This document shows, one piece after another, positions 50,446 through 61,610 of a stretch of DNA of 64,000 nucleotides; position 1 is the stretch's first letter; every line of letters starts with the position of its first letter. Origin of the DNA: Cyanophyceae cyanobacterium. Lineage in GTDB: Bacteria; Cyanobacteriota; Cyanobacteriia; Cyanobacteriales; Laspinemataceae. Below the pieces are notes generated by a model, which did not search any database, was not told the DNA's origin, and worked only from the letters and a program-made list of their open reading frames with translations. The stretch covers positions 13,124-77,123 of the forward strand of contig JBBQFN010000024.1 of assembly GCA_038321985.1 (NCBI GenBank), read 5' to 3'. The translations under genes and the position numbers were made by a program.

Positions 50446-51399
50446 ATGAAAGCACTGCAAGTCCTATCCGGCGTTTTAGTTAGCTTCACTCTATCCAGTA
50501 GCAGCGGATTGCTGCCACCGGGGATAGGGACCCGCCTCCCTGAATTCGGTGATACCTTTGAGGAAGCCGGTTGGAGTTATAACTTCAATAACCCTAAACT
50601 CTACAATCAATATCACAACCCCGGTTCGGGTTTGGTGGAAGTGATTCCGGCGCGTAACCCCCCCACTGGCGTCTCTGCTAATGGCCGATGGATTGAGGGA
50701 CCGACTCGGGGACATCCAGATGTTGTGGAACAAGTCAGGACCCCCTCTGGAGGAGTACCCGGGAGTCTATCTTCCTTACGTCTACAGACTACAAATTCGG
50801 GCACTCCCAATCTCACGACAGGGACGATTCAGCAAGATGATTTACTAAATATTATTCCCGGAAAAACGAATGGGGATATTCCCCTAGGTTCAGGGTTGAG
50901 TGTGGTGACGCGAATTTATCTGCCACCCTTGGATGAATGGCAAGATCTTGATGGATATCATATTGGGTTTCGAGTCGGGGCAACGGGACGCAAACCTGAT
51001 GGAAAATTAGAGAATTATTGGCCGGGAATTTGGATGTGGATGGGTAAAGAAACCAGTGGACGCCGATATTTCCGGTGGGTTGTGCGTGCCAATAATGAAG
51101 GGGTAGATATCAACGCCAGTGAACGCAAATTTACCAATACGGGCTGGTGGACACTGGGGATGGCATTCAATCCGGATGGCTCAATTAGTTACTATGCCAG
51201 TCCGGATGTTGATGATTTAACCCCTAGAGATTTGCTGACCTTCCGTGCCGGTTCTGAGTCTGTTTCAGCTACTTATACTCCCTATAAGTTTAAGTTTGAT
51301 AATCTCGACTATTTGTTCTTTTCACTAATCAGCACAGACGGTAAACTGTCTACAGAATTCATTGTTGATGATGTGGGGGTTTATCGAGTGGGACCGTAA
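50446..51399 (+). CDS. Secreted hypothetical protein, probably beta-sandwich
   Basis: Signal-peptide-like N-terminus; G/P/W-rich; GDTFE start and FIVDDVGVY end reminiscent of jelly-roll domains. Confidence 0.6.
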   Translation: MKALQVLSGVLVSFTLSSSSGLLPPGIGTRLPEFGDTFEEAGWSYNFNNPKLYNQYHNPGSGLVEVIPARNPPTGVSANGRWIEGPTRGHPDVVEQVRTPSGGVPGSLSSLRLQTTNSGTPNLTTGTIQQDDLLNIIPGKTNGDIPLGSGLSVVTRIYLPPLDEWQDLDGYHIGFRVGATGRKPDGKLENYWPGIWMWMGKETSGRRYFRWVVRANNEGVDINASERKFTNTGWWTLGMAFNPDGSISYYASPDVDDLTPRDLLTFRAGSESVSATYTPYKFKFDNLDYLFFSLISTDGKLSTEFIVDDVGVYRVGP

Positions 51400-51563
51400 A
51401 TTAACAGTCTAAAATCGGGCTCAGATTGCGGATTATGTCTCCCTATTTGGGTTGAGTAACTGAAGAAAATGTGAGAAATGGATATAAAGGAGGGATGTTC
51501 CCGAAGCGATCGCCCCGGGGGATGTAGAGCATCAGGTTTGAGAATCACCGGGCGGTTTGCCGG

Positions 51564-54500
51564 TTAAATATTCCGGTTCACACGCAGTTCTCGGATGATC
51601 GCCCGCACTAATTCTTCCGGTTCGATGGGTTTAGAGATTTGTTGACCAAATCCAGCTTCCAGAATGCGATCGCGGTCAGTGGGTGCGGCATAAGCAGTCA
51701 AGGCGATCGCCGGGAGGTCACCGCCTGCATCGGGAGATAGCGATCGCACCGCAGAAATCAACCCATACCCATCCATTTCTGGCATTCCAATATCACTAAT
51801 CAAAATATCCGGTTTAGACGACCTTAGAGCCTCTAAAGCCGCCGTTGCCGAAGTCACTGCCTGGACTTGAGCACCGTAATTTTCCAGAGTAAACCGGATC
51901 ACGTCTAGAGTATCCACTTCATCATCCACCACCAAAATATTAACCTGAGTGAGAGTGAGAGGCGTTTCAGCGGCAGGAGAACCTATTTCACCCGGGGGAG
52001 TCCATTTCGCTAAAGGCAAGATAGCCGTAAAACAGCAACCCAACCCCAAACCCTCACTGGTGGCAAAGATTCGCCCCCCATGAAGTTCGAGCAAGTGACG
52101 AACAATCGCCAGTCCCAGCCCGAGTCCCCCAAATCTGCGGGTTGTGGTACTATCTCCCTGACGAAACCGCTCAAAAACGTGAGGTAAAAACTCTGGTTCG
52201 ATGCCAATGCCGGTATCTGTCACCTGAATCCGAGCCTCATTCCCGTGAGAATCTACCCGAATCGTCACTTGGCCGGACTTTGGAGTAAATTTAACCGCAT
52301 TAGAGAGCAGATTCCACAGCACTTGCTGCAAGCGATTGGCATCCCCCCAAACCATCACCCCCGAGCATTCCAACTCCGGGTGAATTACAATAGATTTAGC
52401 CGCAGCAGCCAAGCGCACGGTTTCGATCGCCTGACGAGCAATTTCCCCCAAATCCACATCTACAACGGTCAGATTCAGCTTACCCTGGAGAATTCGCGAC
52501 ACATCCAGCAAATCTTCAATCAGTTGAGCTTGTAATTTGGCATTGCGCTCAATGGTTTGCAAGGCGCGATTGTGGGTAGCGCTGTCATACTCGCGCATTT
52601 GCAGCAGTTGCGCCCAGCCTAGAATTGGATTAAGCGGGGTTCTCAGTTCGTGAGAAAGGACGGCGAGAAACTCATCCTTAAGGCGGTTGGCGGCTTCTGC
52701 TTCCGCCCGGGCGGCGCGTTCGGCTTCAAATAAACGCGATCGCTCTAGGGCTTGGGCACACTGATCCGTAAGCGCTAACATAAACGCCCGGTCCTCTTCG
52801 TTAAAGTGACGATCGCCCGGAAATCCCAGCCCGATCGCACCAATGACGCGATCGCCCCAGATCATCGGCAGCGCGACTAAAGCCGCCTTTCCATTCGCCG
52901 CTGTGATCGCGCTATAGTCCGGATAGAGGGTTTCATGTTCACTGGGAGTCTCCAACCAAATCGGTTTGCGGTCCCGGACTGCATCGGCGATCGGCACTTG
53001 TGCGGTGATGGGAAACCGTTGCCATTCCTGCCGATACTCTTCGGGATAGCCGACAATCCCGATGCTCTCGAATTCATTCCCCTCTTCCGTCAGTAAGCAA
53101 ACTAAACCCACCGTAGCCCCCAGTGCGCCTAATCCCGAAGTGACGATCGCCTCGGCAATTTCTGTAGCCGTTAACGCTTCAGAAAGCGCTGCGGTAACAT
53201 ATTGTAGACGGGCCAGACGAACCGTTGTCCCCTCGGCTTGTTGTCGGAGTTCCCGTTCTTGCTGTACCAGTCGTTCTCGTTCTGCTTCAACCCGCTTGCG
53301 ATCGCTAATGTCATAAAATGTCACAACTCCGGCTACAATCGACCCGGCGGGATCCCGAATGGGAGCCGCATTTGCAAAGACAGCGCAGGTGGAACCATCA
53401 GGACGTCGGATCAAGACTTCTTCATTGATAATCACTTCACCGGTTTTGATTGCCCGCATCAAAGGTAACTCTTTCTCCGAGTAGGGGCGGCCATCGGGGT
53501 AGGAGATCTGATGGGGAAGGGCACTCTTCCCAGAGGGGTCTTTGCGGCCCTTGCCGGGGCCAAAGCTACGCTGAGTCCCGGAGAGAATTTGTTCAATCTG
53601 TTCGTTCATCAACAGGATGCGCCCCGTCTGTGCCTCCGCTACCATCACCCCCGCAGGCATTTGTTGCAAGACTGCCTCTAGTAATTTTTGATGGGTGGCA
53701 AGATCTTGCAGCAGTTGCAAACGCTCTTGCTCGATTTGCTTGCGATCGGTAATATCTAGATTAATCCCGGCCCAACTCACCACAGCACCCTTATCGTTTC
53801 GGACGGGGCGACCCTGGCTTAATATGGTGTACGGGTTGCCATCGCTGCCTAAAATTTGGTATTCCCAATTCCACACTTCCCCGGTTTTTAAACAGTGCTG
53901 CCACTGTTGAAGGGTGGGTTCCACATCTTCTGGCGCTAGGCGATTCAGCCAACCTTGCTGCTGAGACTCTTCCAGTGTCATCCCCAACAGATCCAGAAAC
54001 GATTGGCTGATATAGCGGTTTTGGCCCTCGGGGTTACACATCCACACGCCAAAGGGGATCGACTCTTCCACCACCCGATATTGAGCTTCCGATTCCGCTA
54101 AGGCGATCGCCGCCATTTCTGCTTCAGCTCTTGCCGTTGCTACAGTTTGATACAGGTTGGCATTCTCGATCGCCCATCCCCCTTGTCGTGCATACAACTC
54201 CACCACATGGCGATCGCGATCGCAGGGGGAATGGGGCTCGGGGAAATAGGTTGCTAGGGTGCCAATAATTTCCCCGTGGGCGTTGAATAGGGGAATACTG
54301 TACACCGCGCGATAACCCCCTAAGGAGGCAAATTGACAGTACGGCGCAAAAATGGGGTCGGTTTTGACATCTTCAATCACCACCGGATGCCTTCTTTCCA
54401 AGACTGTCCCACAAGCTCCCACCCCCCGTTTAATTCGTCCTACACCTTGTAGATACTCGGGGGTAAAACCCACGCTGGCAACGGGGTAAAGGTCGTCACT

Positions 54501-55109
54501 GTCGCGAGCGTACAGCATCAGCACCCCCTGATTTGAGCCGAGGAGCGAAGTCACCGCTGCCACCATTTCATCCAGCAGGGGTTCCAACTCTAAGGTAGTA
54601 GAGAGGCGACTACCCAAAAAGTGTAATTGCGTCATGTCCGCAAGCTGTTTTGCCAGTTGATTTTTAACGTCCGATAACTGAGCTTCAGCTTGAGTACGAT
54701 CGGCGATTTCTCGTTGCAGAGAGCGATTGAGCGCCTCCAAACTCGGCAGAGATAGCACTTTGGGTAGCAACGGCACCAGTTGAAAAGCCGTTACCACAGA
54801 AATCACCGCCGTGATGGCTTTAACTATCCCCGATACCCAATAGGTCGGATACCACAGGGTCCACACCTCCATCAGATGGCTCGTGCCACAGAAGACGATA
54901 AACCCCGCAAACATTATGAAGATCCAGTTAAACGGCAAATCTCGACGCTTCTGTACAACATAAATTAAGGTCGCTGGAATTGAGTAATATGCCAGGGCCG
55001 TCAGCGTATCTGAGACAACATGGAGGGAGACTAGCTCTGGCTGCCAGAGGTAACAATGGCCGTGGGGGATGAAAGAATTCGCCACCAAGTTGCTTAAGAG
55101 CGCTTGCAT
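51564..55109 (-). CDS. Hybrid histidine kinase: ethylene-binding-like TM domain, GAF, PAS, PAS, GAF, HisKA, HATPase, receiver
   Basis: FIPHGHCYLW, SDTLTALAYYSIP, FIVFCGTSHL; SHELRTPL; NAVKFT; VVDDE...SDIGMP. Confidence 0.88.
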   Translation of the reverse strand: MQALLSNLVANSFIPHGHCYLWQPELVSLHVVSDTLTALAYYSIPATLIYVVQKRRDLPFNWIFIMFAGFIVFCGTSHLMEVWTLWYPTYWVSGIVKAITAVISVVTAFQLVPLLPKVLSLPSLEALNRSLQREIADRTQAEAQLSDVKNQLAKQLADMTQLHFLGSRLSTTLELEPLLDEMVAAVTSLLGSNQGVLMLYARDSDDLYPVASVGFTPEYLQGVGRIKRGVGACGTVLERRHPVVIEDVKTDPIFAPYCQFASLGGYRAVYSIPLFNAHGEIIGTLATYFPEPHSPCDRDRHVVELYARQGGWAIENANLYQTVATARAEAEMAAIALAESEAQYRVVEESIPFGVWMCNPEGQNRYISQSFLDLLGMTLEESQQQGWLNRLAPEDVEPTLQQWQHCLKTGEVWNWEYQILGSDGNPYTILSQGRPVRNDKGAVVSWAGINLDITDRKQIEQERLQLLQDLATHQKLLEAVLQQMPAGVMVAEAQTGRILLMNEQIEQILSGTQRSFGPGKGRKDPSGKSALPHQISYPDGRPYSEKELPLMRAIKTGEVIINEEVLIRRPDGSTCAVFANAAPIRDPAGSIVAGVVTFYDISDRKRVEAERERLVQQERELRQQAEGTTVRLARLQYVTAALSEALTATEIAEAIVTSGLGALGATVGLVCLLTEEGNEFESIGIVGYPEEYRQEWQRFPITAQVPIADAVRDRKPIWLETPSEHETLYPDYSAITAANGKAALVALPMIWGDRVIGAIGLGFPGDRHFNEEDRAFMLALTDQCAQALERSRLFEAERAARAEAEAANRLKDEFLAVLSHELRTPLNPILGWAQLLQMREYDSATHNRALQTIERNAKLQAQLIEDLLDVSRILQGKLNLTVVDVDLGEIARQAIETVRLAAAAKSIVIHPELECSGVMVWGDANRLQQVLWNLLSNAVKFTPKSGQVTIRVDSHGNEARIQVTDTGIGIEPEFLPHVFERFRQGDSTTTRRFGGLGLGLAIVRHLLELHGGRIFATSEGLGLGCCFTAILPLAKWTPPGEIGSPAAETPLTLTQVNILVVDDEVDTLDVIRFTLENYGAQVQAVTSATAALEALRSSKPDILISDIGMPEMDGYGLISAVRSLSPDAGGDLPAIALTAYAAPTDRDRILEAGFGQQISKPIEPEELVRAIIRELRVNRNI

Positions 55110-55749
55110 ATTAATTCCCGATCTATACCCTTTAGATAGTATATCGGACTCGGTTCCTGCTGCCACTGGGACTTTAAAATGCCTTCCGGCAGTCATGGAC
55201 TGTTGGTATCAAGGGGAGTCCAGCTTTGTTCCCTGGGAGGGGTTGAGGGCCACCCTATTTGTTCCTTCCAGTTGTCACGAATTTTGAATAATTCGGTCAT
55301 ATAATAACACTGAATTATAGCATATAATTTGTCACCGTAAATTCATAAAAAAAATCTGAATTTAATCAGGGATTCGAGAAACTGTTATAAAATTTACAAC
55401 AGAGGGATAAAATAGAAGGAAAAGATGATAAAAATGGGTAACCAGGGGCTTGACTAGATCGTCCCCCAAAATTACCCCTATCTTGCACTCATCCAATCCA
55501 GGGTTTAAAGATTTTGCCCTGTAGGGGTCTTCCCGGGGATTAAACTTTTTTCCCTCCTAAGCGCCCCTAAGCTGAATCCGTTTCAGGGTAAGTTATCCCT
55601 CAAATACAACAGATAGAACCCTCAAAAGTCTAGGGCGATTGGCTAAAGTTGAAGGGCAAAAATAAAGTCATAATGAAAAAGCCCCTGCGCTTATTTTTGC
55701 AGTGCCGGAAGTTGGGAATCAATCAGGAGAGTCAACAGGTAAACTAACT

Positions 55750-56967
55750 ATGACACATCCAAAAAAAAGAATTGGAATTCTAACCAGCGGTGGAGACTGC
55801 CCCGGACTGAACGCCGTGATTAGAGCCGTGGTCAAATGCTCCTCCCACAAAGGATGGGAAGTCTATGGCATTCCCTACGGTACCGACGGATTCATCGACG
55901 TTGCCAATGGAACGCGCCAACCCGAAGACTTAAAATTAAACGAACATGGCTATGATATCCCGGGGTTGTTACAGGGTCTTGACGTGCTGCAATTTCTCAG
56001 TGGCAGCGTCCTGGGGAGTCTGAGTAAAGGGAATACGGAAAAACCGGAAGTTGCACAACAGATTTTAGAAGGCTATCAACGGTTAAAACTAGATGGTTTA
56101 GTGGCGATCGGGGGCGATGGGAGTTTAGATATTATCTATAATTTAGCCCAAAAAGGCAACTGGAACATGATCGGCGTTCCTAAAACCATCGATAACGACG
56201 TCCCCTTTACCGAACGGGCAGTAGGATTCCAAACAGCCGTCGATACCGTTACCGAAGCGCTATACAATCTCACATTTACCGCAGCCAGTCACGAACGAGT
56301 GATGGTAGCGGAAGTGATGGGACGGGATGCGGGACATTTGGCATTACACGCCGGAATTGCCGGGGGTGCCGACGTGATTTTAATACCGGAACTCACCCCA
56401 GTCTTGGATGAAACGGCGATCGCTCAAATTTGTGATAAAATCGCCGCCTTGCGTCAAGACAAACGTAAATTTGCCTTAGTCGTCGTTGCCGAAGGAGTCA
56501 AACACCGCGATCGGCGGCAGAGTCGCAATATCGGAGACTATGTAGCCCAGCAGATTCAACTCTACAGCCAGAAACTTTGTTCCCTCGATCGCCCCGAATT
56601 TTGTGGCTTAGACGAAATCGATACCCGAGTCACCGTTTTGGGTCACTTACAGCGCAGCGGCACCCCATCTTCCTTCGATCGCATCTTAGCCACCGCCTTT
56701 GGCATCAAAGCGGTTGAACTAATCGAACGCGGACACTATAACCGCTTAGTTGTCTGGGAAGGCGGGAAAGTCGAAAGCAAACCCTTAGAGATGGTGATCC
56801 AACTCATCCGACAGTGCCACCAAGAAAACCGCTGTGCCTCCCCCGTCGATCCCAATGGATTCATGGTACAAACAGCCCGCGCCCTCGGAATTTATGTGGG
56901 AAATGTCTCACACTCTCCCGAAGACAACGGCAGCCACATTACAGCAATTCCAACCGCTGTAAGCTAG
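55750..56967 (+). CDS. pfkA: 6-phosphofructokinase (PfkA family, cyanobacterial type)
   Basis: [38 protein letters not shown]. Confidence 0.92.
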   Translation: MTHPKKRIGILTSGGDCPGLNAVIRAVVKCSSHKGWEVYGIPYGTDGFIDVANGTRQPEDLKLNEHGYDIPGLLQGLDVLQFLSGSVLGSLSKGNTEKPEVAQQILEGYQRLKLDGLVAIGGDGSLDIIYNLAQKGNWNMIGVPKTIDNDVPFTERAVGFQTAVDTVTEALYNLTFTAASHERVMVAEVMGRDAGHLALHAGIAGGADVILIPELTPVLDETAIAQICDKIAALRQDKRKFALVVVAEGVKHRDRRQSRNIGDYVAQQIQLYSQKLCSLDRPEFCGLDEIDTRVTVLGHLQRSGTPSSFDRILATAFGIKAVELIERGHYNRLVVWEGGKVESKPLEMVIQLIRQCHQENRCASPVDPNGFMVQTARALGIYVGNVSHSPEDNGSHITAIPTAVS

Positions 56968-56984
56968 GCAGAAGGATGAAGAAA

Positions 56985-57010
56985 GAAGGAAGGAAGGAAG
57001 GAAGGAAGGA
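56985..57010. repeat. (GAAG)6.5 microsatellite
   Basis: Directly visible downstream of pfkA. Confidence 0.8.
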
Positions 57011-57292
57011 TAATTTAATCCTTCCGCACTCTCCTTGCTCTTCTGTGATAAAATTTGTAGAGACGGTTAAATGGAAGTAACTCCCGAAAAATTGCGTCAA
57101 TGCAGAATTTTTTTGTAATTAATGGTTCGGGATAAGCAGTTAAAATATAGTAGTCTAATGGGAAGGTAACATCTCGTGTTAAAAAATGTCCTACCCAATT
57201 TTTTCCTAACCTGCTCTCCTCTGAAGAGGTTGAGTTTCATTAAGGAAGAAGAGGACAGGGCAGTACCTTGTCCTCTTTGTCTGCTTCTTATT

Positions 57293-57955
57293 TTATAATG
57301 TGATTGGGAGTAAGGCCCGTTGCGATGTAGGGCAACTCGGGTGAAGGTACCATCCTTCTGTAGAAACATCTAAATCTTTAATGAAACCTGAGTATAAATT
57401 GAGCACCCAGCCATGTACTTGGGGGGCTCGGTTGTCCCGTAAGGCATTTCGCATAATCGCAGTTTGGTAGAGGTTTTTAACCTGAGATTTAACGTTTAAT
57501 TCGGCCAAATAGTTCAGCTTAGCTTGCCGGTGGGGTAGTTCGTCTATTTCCTCTCTATTTTGTAAATAAAGTTCTCGAATGGGGTTAACCCAACTATCGA
57601 CGAGTCCTGATGTTGTTCCTTCTAAGGCTGCCTGAATCCCACCGCAACAGTAATGGCCGCAGATAATGATATATTTAATTTTTAAATGTTCGATCGCATA
57701 TTCCAAGACGGATAGAAAGTTGATGTCGGTTAAGCAAACCTGATTAGCTATATTGCGGTGAACAAAAATCTCCCCGGGTTCAACTTGCATAAATTCTGTT
57801 AAAGGCATTCGACTATCTGAACAGCCAATATACAAATAAGGAGGGGTTTGTCCCGCCGATAAATTCTCGAAATAATGGGGGTTACTTTGGTTTTTTTGAG
57901 CTACCCAAAGCTGGTTATTCTGCAATATCTGTTCGATACTCCGATAGGTCTTCAT
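57293..57955 (-). CDS. Beta-class carbonic anhydrase
   Basis: IGCSDSR, FVHRNIAN, CGHYCCGG Zn ligands. Confidence 0.93.
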   Translation of the reverse strand: MKTYRSIEQILQNNQLWVAQKNQSNPHYFENLSAGQTPPYLYIGCSDSRMPLTEFMQVEPGEIFVHRNIANQVCLTDINFLSVLEYAIEHLKIKYIIICGHYCCGGIQAALEGTTSGLVDSWVNPIRELYLQNREEIDELPHRQAKLNYLAELNVKSQVKNLYQTAIMRNALRDNRAPQVHGWVLNLYSGFIKDLDVSTEGWYLHPSCPTSQRALLPITL

Positions 57956-58927
57956 TTGTTAATCCCCTAACTGCTAATTAGATGATAAATTTACTCTTTA
58001 TTTTCCAGCTAATGATAGCGTGAGAGATTCGGGATGAATGGTGTATTTTAATACTAAATTTGCCCCAAAAATGGGGAGACTCAATTCTTAAGGGCTCTTT
58101 CGAGGGTTTCCTATCGCAAAAATAGCCGGGTAAAAGGGCGATCGCTCTTTAAGGAGTAGGTACAAATCTGGATTGAATTGAATTTTTCAGGGCTCTCCCC
58201 TGACTTTAAAGGATGAATAGGTACAAATTATTTTACCCGAACCGTGACAGCAATGCCCCGAAAGAAGCGCCGGAATACCGCGATCCGGGGCTGCCTCCGG
58301 GGGATGTGGTGGGCGATCGCCATGATTCCCGAAACTGCGATGATTATACTCAAGCGCGCAATCTCGGGCGGATCTTCTCCAACGATCAGAAAAATCGCAC
58401 GGCACAAGCGATCGCCGGGGCCATTAGTGGCGTGCGCTAAGATATCCAAAGGCGTCAATTCGGGCATCTTTTCCTCGCTGATCTAGACATCCATCCGGCT
58501 ATAGTGAAACAGAATCAGCTATGTCAGGGAATCCACATCTGGCGGCATTGCCACCTTTTTTTATCCCTTGAGAGGAAAGGAGGCAGATACAAGCCCAGGT
58601 TTTTCCAAAAGGGATGTAGCCCTTGTCCCGCAACCTTTTCAGTTTTTGTATGCCGAAAGCCCTCCCCAAGGCATCGGGGAGGGTTGGGTGGGGTCCACCG
58701 GCTAGGGTTACTCAGTAGCCCAATATTTGCCCCCCACCTACCCAGTCCCCCGGGGGTCTCTTCAGAGTACCGCAAGAGATTTATTAAAAAATATGCAAAA
58801 ATTTTAATCTGAACCCGTTCCCCTGCAAACTGAAAAAGTCAGTTAAATTTTAGAATGCAAGATAAAACAAGTTCTAGAATCTTGAAAGTTTAAATTCATC
58901 GGGTCAATCCTAAATGAGGAGAAGTTC

Positions 58928-61207
58928 ATGCAGCGGAAAAAAAGGTTAGGCGTTTTAACCAGTGGTGGAGACTCGCCGGGAATGAATGCGGCAGTTCGGG
59001 CGGTGGTGAGATCGGCGATCGCCCAGGGAATCGATGTATTTGCTATTTATGAAGGCTATCAGGGGATGGTTGAGGGGGGACAATGCGACCTGGAAAACCC
59101 GCGTCGCGTAGCCCCCAATGCTGAGGCTTGTATTCGTCAGCTACAGTGGTATGACGTGGCTGGAATTTTGCATAAAGGCGGCACTATCATCGGGACGGCA
59201 CGATCTGCCGAATTTCGGACTCGGGAAGGACGGTTGCAGGCGGTTCGGAATTTGTTAGCCAATGATATCGATGGATTAGTGGCGATCGGGGGGGATGGCA
59301 GTCTCACCGGTGCTCACTTGTTCCGCAGCGAATGGCCGGAATTAGTCGCTGAACTCTTACAACGAGGTGAGATTAGTTCGGAAATAGCGGAACAACACCG
59401 GAACTTAACCATTGTCGGATTAGCTGCTTCCATTGATAATGATATGTATGGCAGCGATATGACGATTGGCACCGATACCGCACTTCATCGGTTAACGGAG
59501 GCTGTAGACTCGATTTCGTCCACCGCTGCCAGCCATCAGCGCACTTTTGTGGTGGAAGTAATGGGGCGACATTGCGGATATCTGGCCTTGATGGGGGCGT
59601 TAGCAACGGGGGCAGACTGGGTATTGATTCCGGAATGTCCCCCAGAGGGCGACTGCTGGCAGGAAAAAATGTGTGAAGTCCTCCAAGCGGGTCGAGAATC
59701 CGGGCGTCGTGATACCATTGTGATTGTCGCCGAAGGTGCAAAAGACCGTCACGGTAACCCGATTTCCTGCGAGTATGTGCGACAAGTGCTAGAAGAAAAA
59801 CTCGGAGAAGATGCCCGAGTCACGATTTTAGGCCATGTTCAACGGGGGGGTTCTCCCACTGCTTTCGATCGCAATTTAAGCACGTTGTTAGGTCATGCTG
59901 CGGTTAATGCCTTCCTCACTGCCACCCCAGACAGCGAATCTGTGCTAATTGGAATGCGCGGCAACCGCATCGATCAGGCCCCGTTGATGCATTGTGTGGA
60001 ACAAACCCATGCTGTCTCCCAGGCGATCGCGGTTGGAGATTACGCTAAAGCGATGGATCTGCGGGGAGAGAACTTCAAGAACGCCTATCAGATTTTGCAT
60101 ACCCTGATGCAAGCTAAACCGAGTACCCGGGAACCCCGGGAGGGCAAACCTTTAAGATTCGCTATCCTCAACTGTGGGGCAACGGCACCGGGCATGAATA
60201 CCGCTGTTCGCGCTGCGGTGCGACTGGCGATCGATAAAGGGCATACCATGTTAGGGGTGAAACATGGCTTTCGAGGCTTGATAGACGGTAAAATTAAAGA
60301 ATTGCAATGGTTAAGTGTGCGGGGATGGGCGACGACGGGCGGTTCTGAACTCGGGACTAGCCGCAAGATTCCCAATGGCAAGGATTTTTATGCGATCGCC
60401 CGTCAAATTGAACGATATGATATTCAGGGGCTGCTGGTCATCGGGGGTTGGAGTGGGTACGAAGCCGCCTATCAACTCTACACCCAACGTGAGACTTTTC
60501 CCGCCTTCAATATCCCCATTCTCTGCCTCCCCGCCTCGATTAACAATAATCTCCCCGGCTGCGAACTGAGTATCGGTGCTGATACTGCCCTCAATAATAT
60601 CATCGAAGCGGTAGATAAAATTAAGCAGTCTGCTGTTGCCTCCAATCGCTGTTTTTTGGTGAAAGTGATGGGACGTTACTGCGGATATTTAGCCGTCATG
60701 AGTGGCTTGGCAACGGGGGCGGAACGGGTGTATATTAATGAAGAAGGCGTCGCCCTCACTGACCTGCAACAAGACCTCGCCACCTTGATTACTGGATTTA
60801 AACAGGGCAAACGAGTCGGTTTAATTATCTGTAATGAGAACGCCCATGCTGTATATGATAGCGACTTCATCTGTGATTTGTTCGCGGAAGAAGGGAAAGA
60901 AGTATTTCAAGTGAGAGAGGCAATTTTAGGTCATCTGCAACAAGGCGGCGACCCCACTCCGTTTGATCGCATCCAAGCCACCCGCTTCTCGGCGACGGGG
61001 CTAGACTTCCTCATCGAACAAGCTCAAAGACCCTCTCCTGCTGGAGCTTTTATGGGAATTGAAGCCGGCAACGTGGGATTTATCGACCTGGGAATGATAC
61101 CGCGCATGGTAGACAAAGAACGTCAACGACCCAAGGAACAATGGTGGATGGAAACCGCTGCGATCGGCAAAATTCTCGCTCACACTGCACCCCCAACTGA
61201 AGGGTGA
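58928..61207 (+). CDS. Eukaryotic-type (tandem-duplicated) 6-phosphofructokinase
   Basis: N-half TSGGDSPGMN, GGDGSLTG, SIDND, EVMGRHCG, GHVQRGG; C-half GATAPGMN, SINNN, VMGRYCG, GHLQQGG; 759 aa. Confidence 0.9.
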   Translation: MQRKKRLGVLTSGGDSPGMNAAVRAVVRSAIAQGIDVFAIYEGYQGMVEGGQCDLENPRRVAPNAEACIRQLQWYDVAGILHKGGTIIGTARSAEFRTREGRLQAVRNLLANDIDGLVAIGGDGSLTGAHLFRSEWPELVAELLQRGEISSEIAEQHRNLTIVGLAASIDNDMYGSDMTIGTDTALHRLTEAVDSISSTAASHQRTFVVEVMGRHCGYLALMGALATGADWVLIPECPPEGDCWQEKMCEVLQAGRESGRRDTIVIVAEGAKDRHGNPISCEYVRQVLEEKLGEDARVTILGHVQRGGSPTAFDRNLSTLLGHAAVNAFLTATPDSESVLIGMRGNRIDQAPLMHCVEQTHAVSQAIAVGDYAKAMDLRGENFKNAYQILHTLMQAKPSTREPREGKPLRFAILNCGATAPGMNTAVRAAVRLAIDKGHTMLGVKHGFRGLIDGKIKELQWLSVRGWATTGGSELGTSRKIPNGKDFYAIARQIERYDIQGLLVIGGWSGYEAAYQLYTQRETFPAFNIPILCLPASINNNLPGCELSIGADTALNNIIEAVDKIKQSAVASNRCFLVKVMGRYCGYLAVMSGLATGAERVYINEEGVALTDLQQDLATLITGFKQGKRVGLIICNENAHAVYDSDFICDLFAEEGKEVFQVREAILGHLQQGGDPTPFDRIQATRFSATGLDFLIEQAQRPSPAGAFMGIEAGNVGFIDLGMIPRMVDKERQRPKEQWWMETAAIGKILAHTAPPTEG

Positions 61208-61251
61208 ATCCCGGCTATCCAGTCCAGCTATTCTCGAATTAACAAAAGCCT

Positions 61252-61283
61252 CCTGTCATTCCTGCCTAGGCGGGAATGACAGG
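61252..61283. repeat. GTCATTCC-type hairpin / probable terminator
   Basis: CCTGTCATTCCTGC-CTAG-GCGGGAATGACAGG. Confidence 0.7.
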
Positions 61284-61336
61284 TATCGGTGAAGGGTGAG
61301 GAAATAAGCGGAACTGATATAGCGGTTCGCAAGCGA

Positions 61337-61441
61337 GTTAAAAGTATTAAAAATCGTAGGCCCTTCGACAAGCTCAGGAGGCATTGCCCACCGTACAATT
61401 GCTCAACTTGTTTTTAAAGACCTATTCCAACCGCATTCCGT
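61337..61441 (-). mobile_element. Partial second copy of the 35562 MITE (inverted)
   Basis: Reverse complement reads TACGGAATGCGGTTGGAATAGGTCTTTAAAAACAAGTTGAGCAATTGTA.GGTGGGCAATGCCTCCTGAGCTTGTCGAAGGGCCTACGATTTTTAATACTTTTAAC; other TIR absent. Confidence 0.8.
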
Positions 61442-61473
61442 ATCAAAAGTCGTTTTAATTTCATTTCCGGTTC

Positions 61474-61508
61474 CCTCCCCTTTGCAAGGGGAGGGTTAGG
61501 GTGGGGTC
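61474..61508. repeat. CCCTCCCCTTTGCAAGGGGAGGG-TTAGGGTGGGGT hairpin repeat
   Basis: Palindrome directly visible; common cyanobacterial intergenic repeat style. Confidence 0.65.
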
Positions 61509-61610
61509 CACTAAGTTGCAGTCCTTTTAACAGACCTATAACTACCGTATGGAGTATCAGTCATTTCCTTTTAGCTTTGTAGTAACGAGTTGCTGTCCTT
61601 TTCTCCCCCA

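Noticed and set aside
58187..58812. Six overlapping short ORFs between the carbonic anhydrase and PFK genes
   Set aside because: No recognisable motif; 58228-58467 (minus) has a hydrophobic stretch and could be real, but no frame can be chosen from sequence alone
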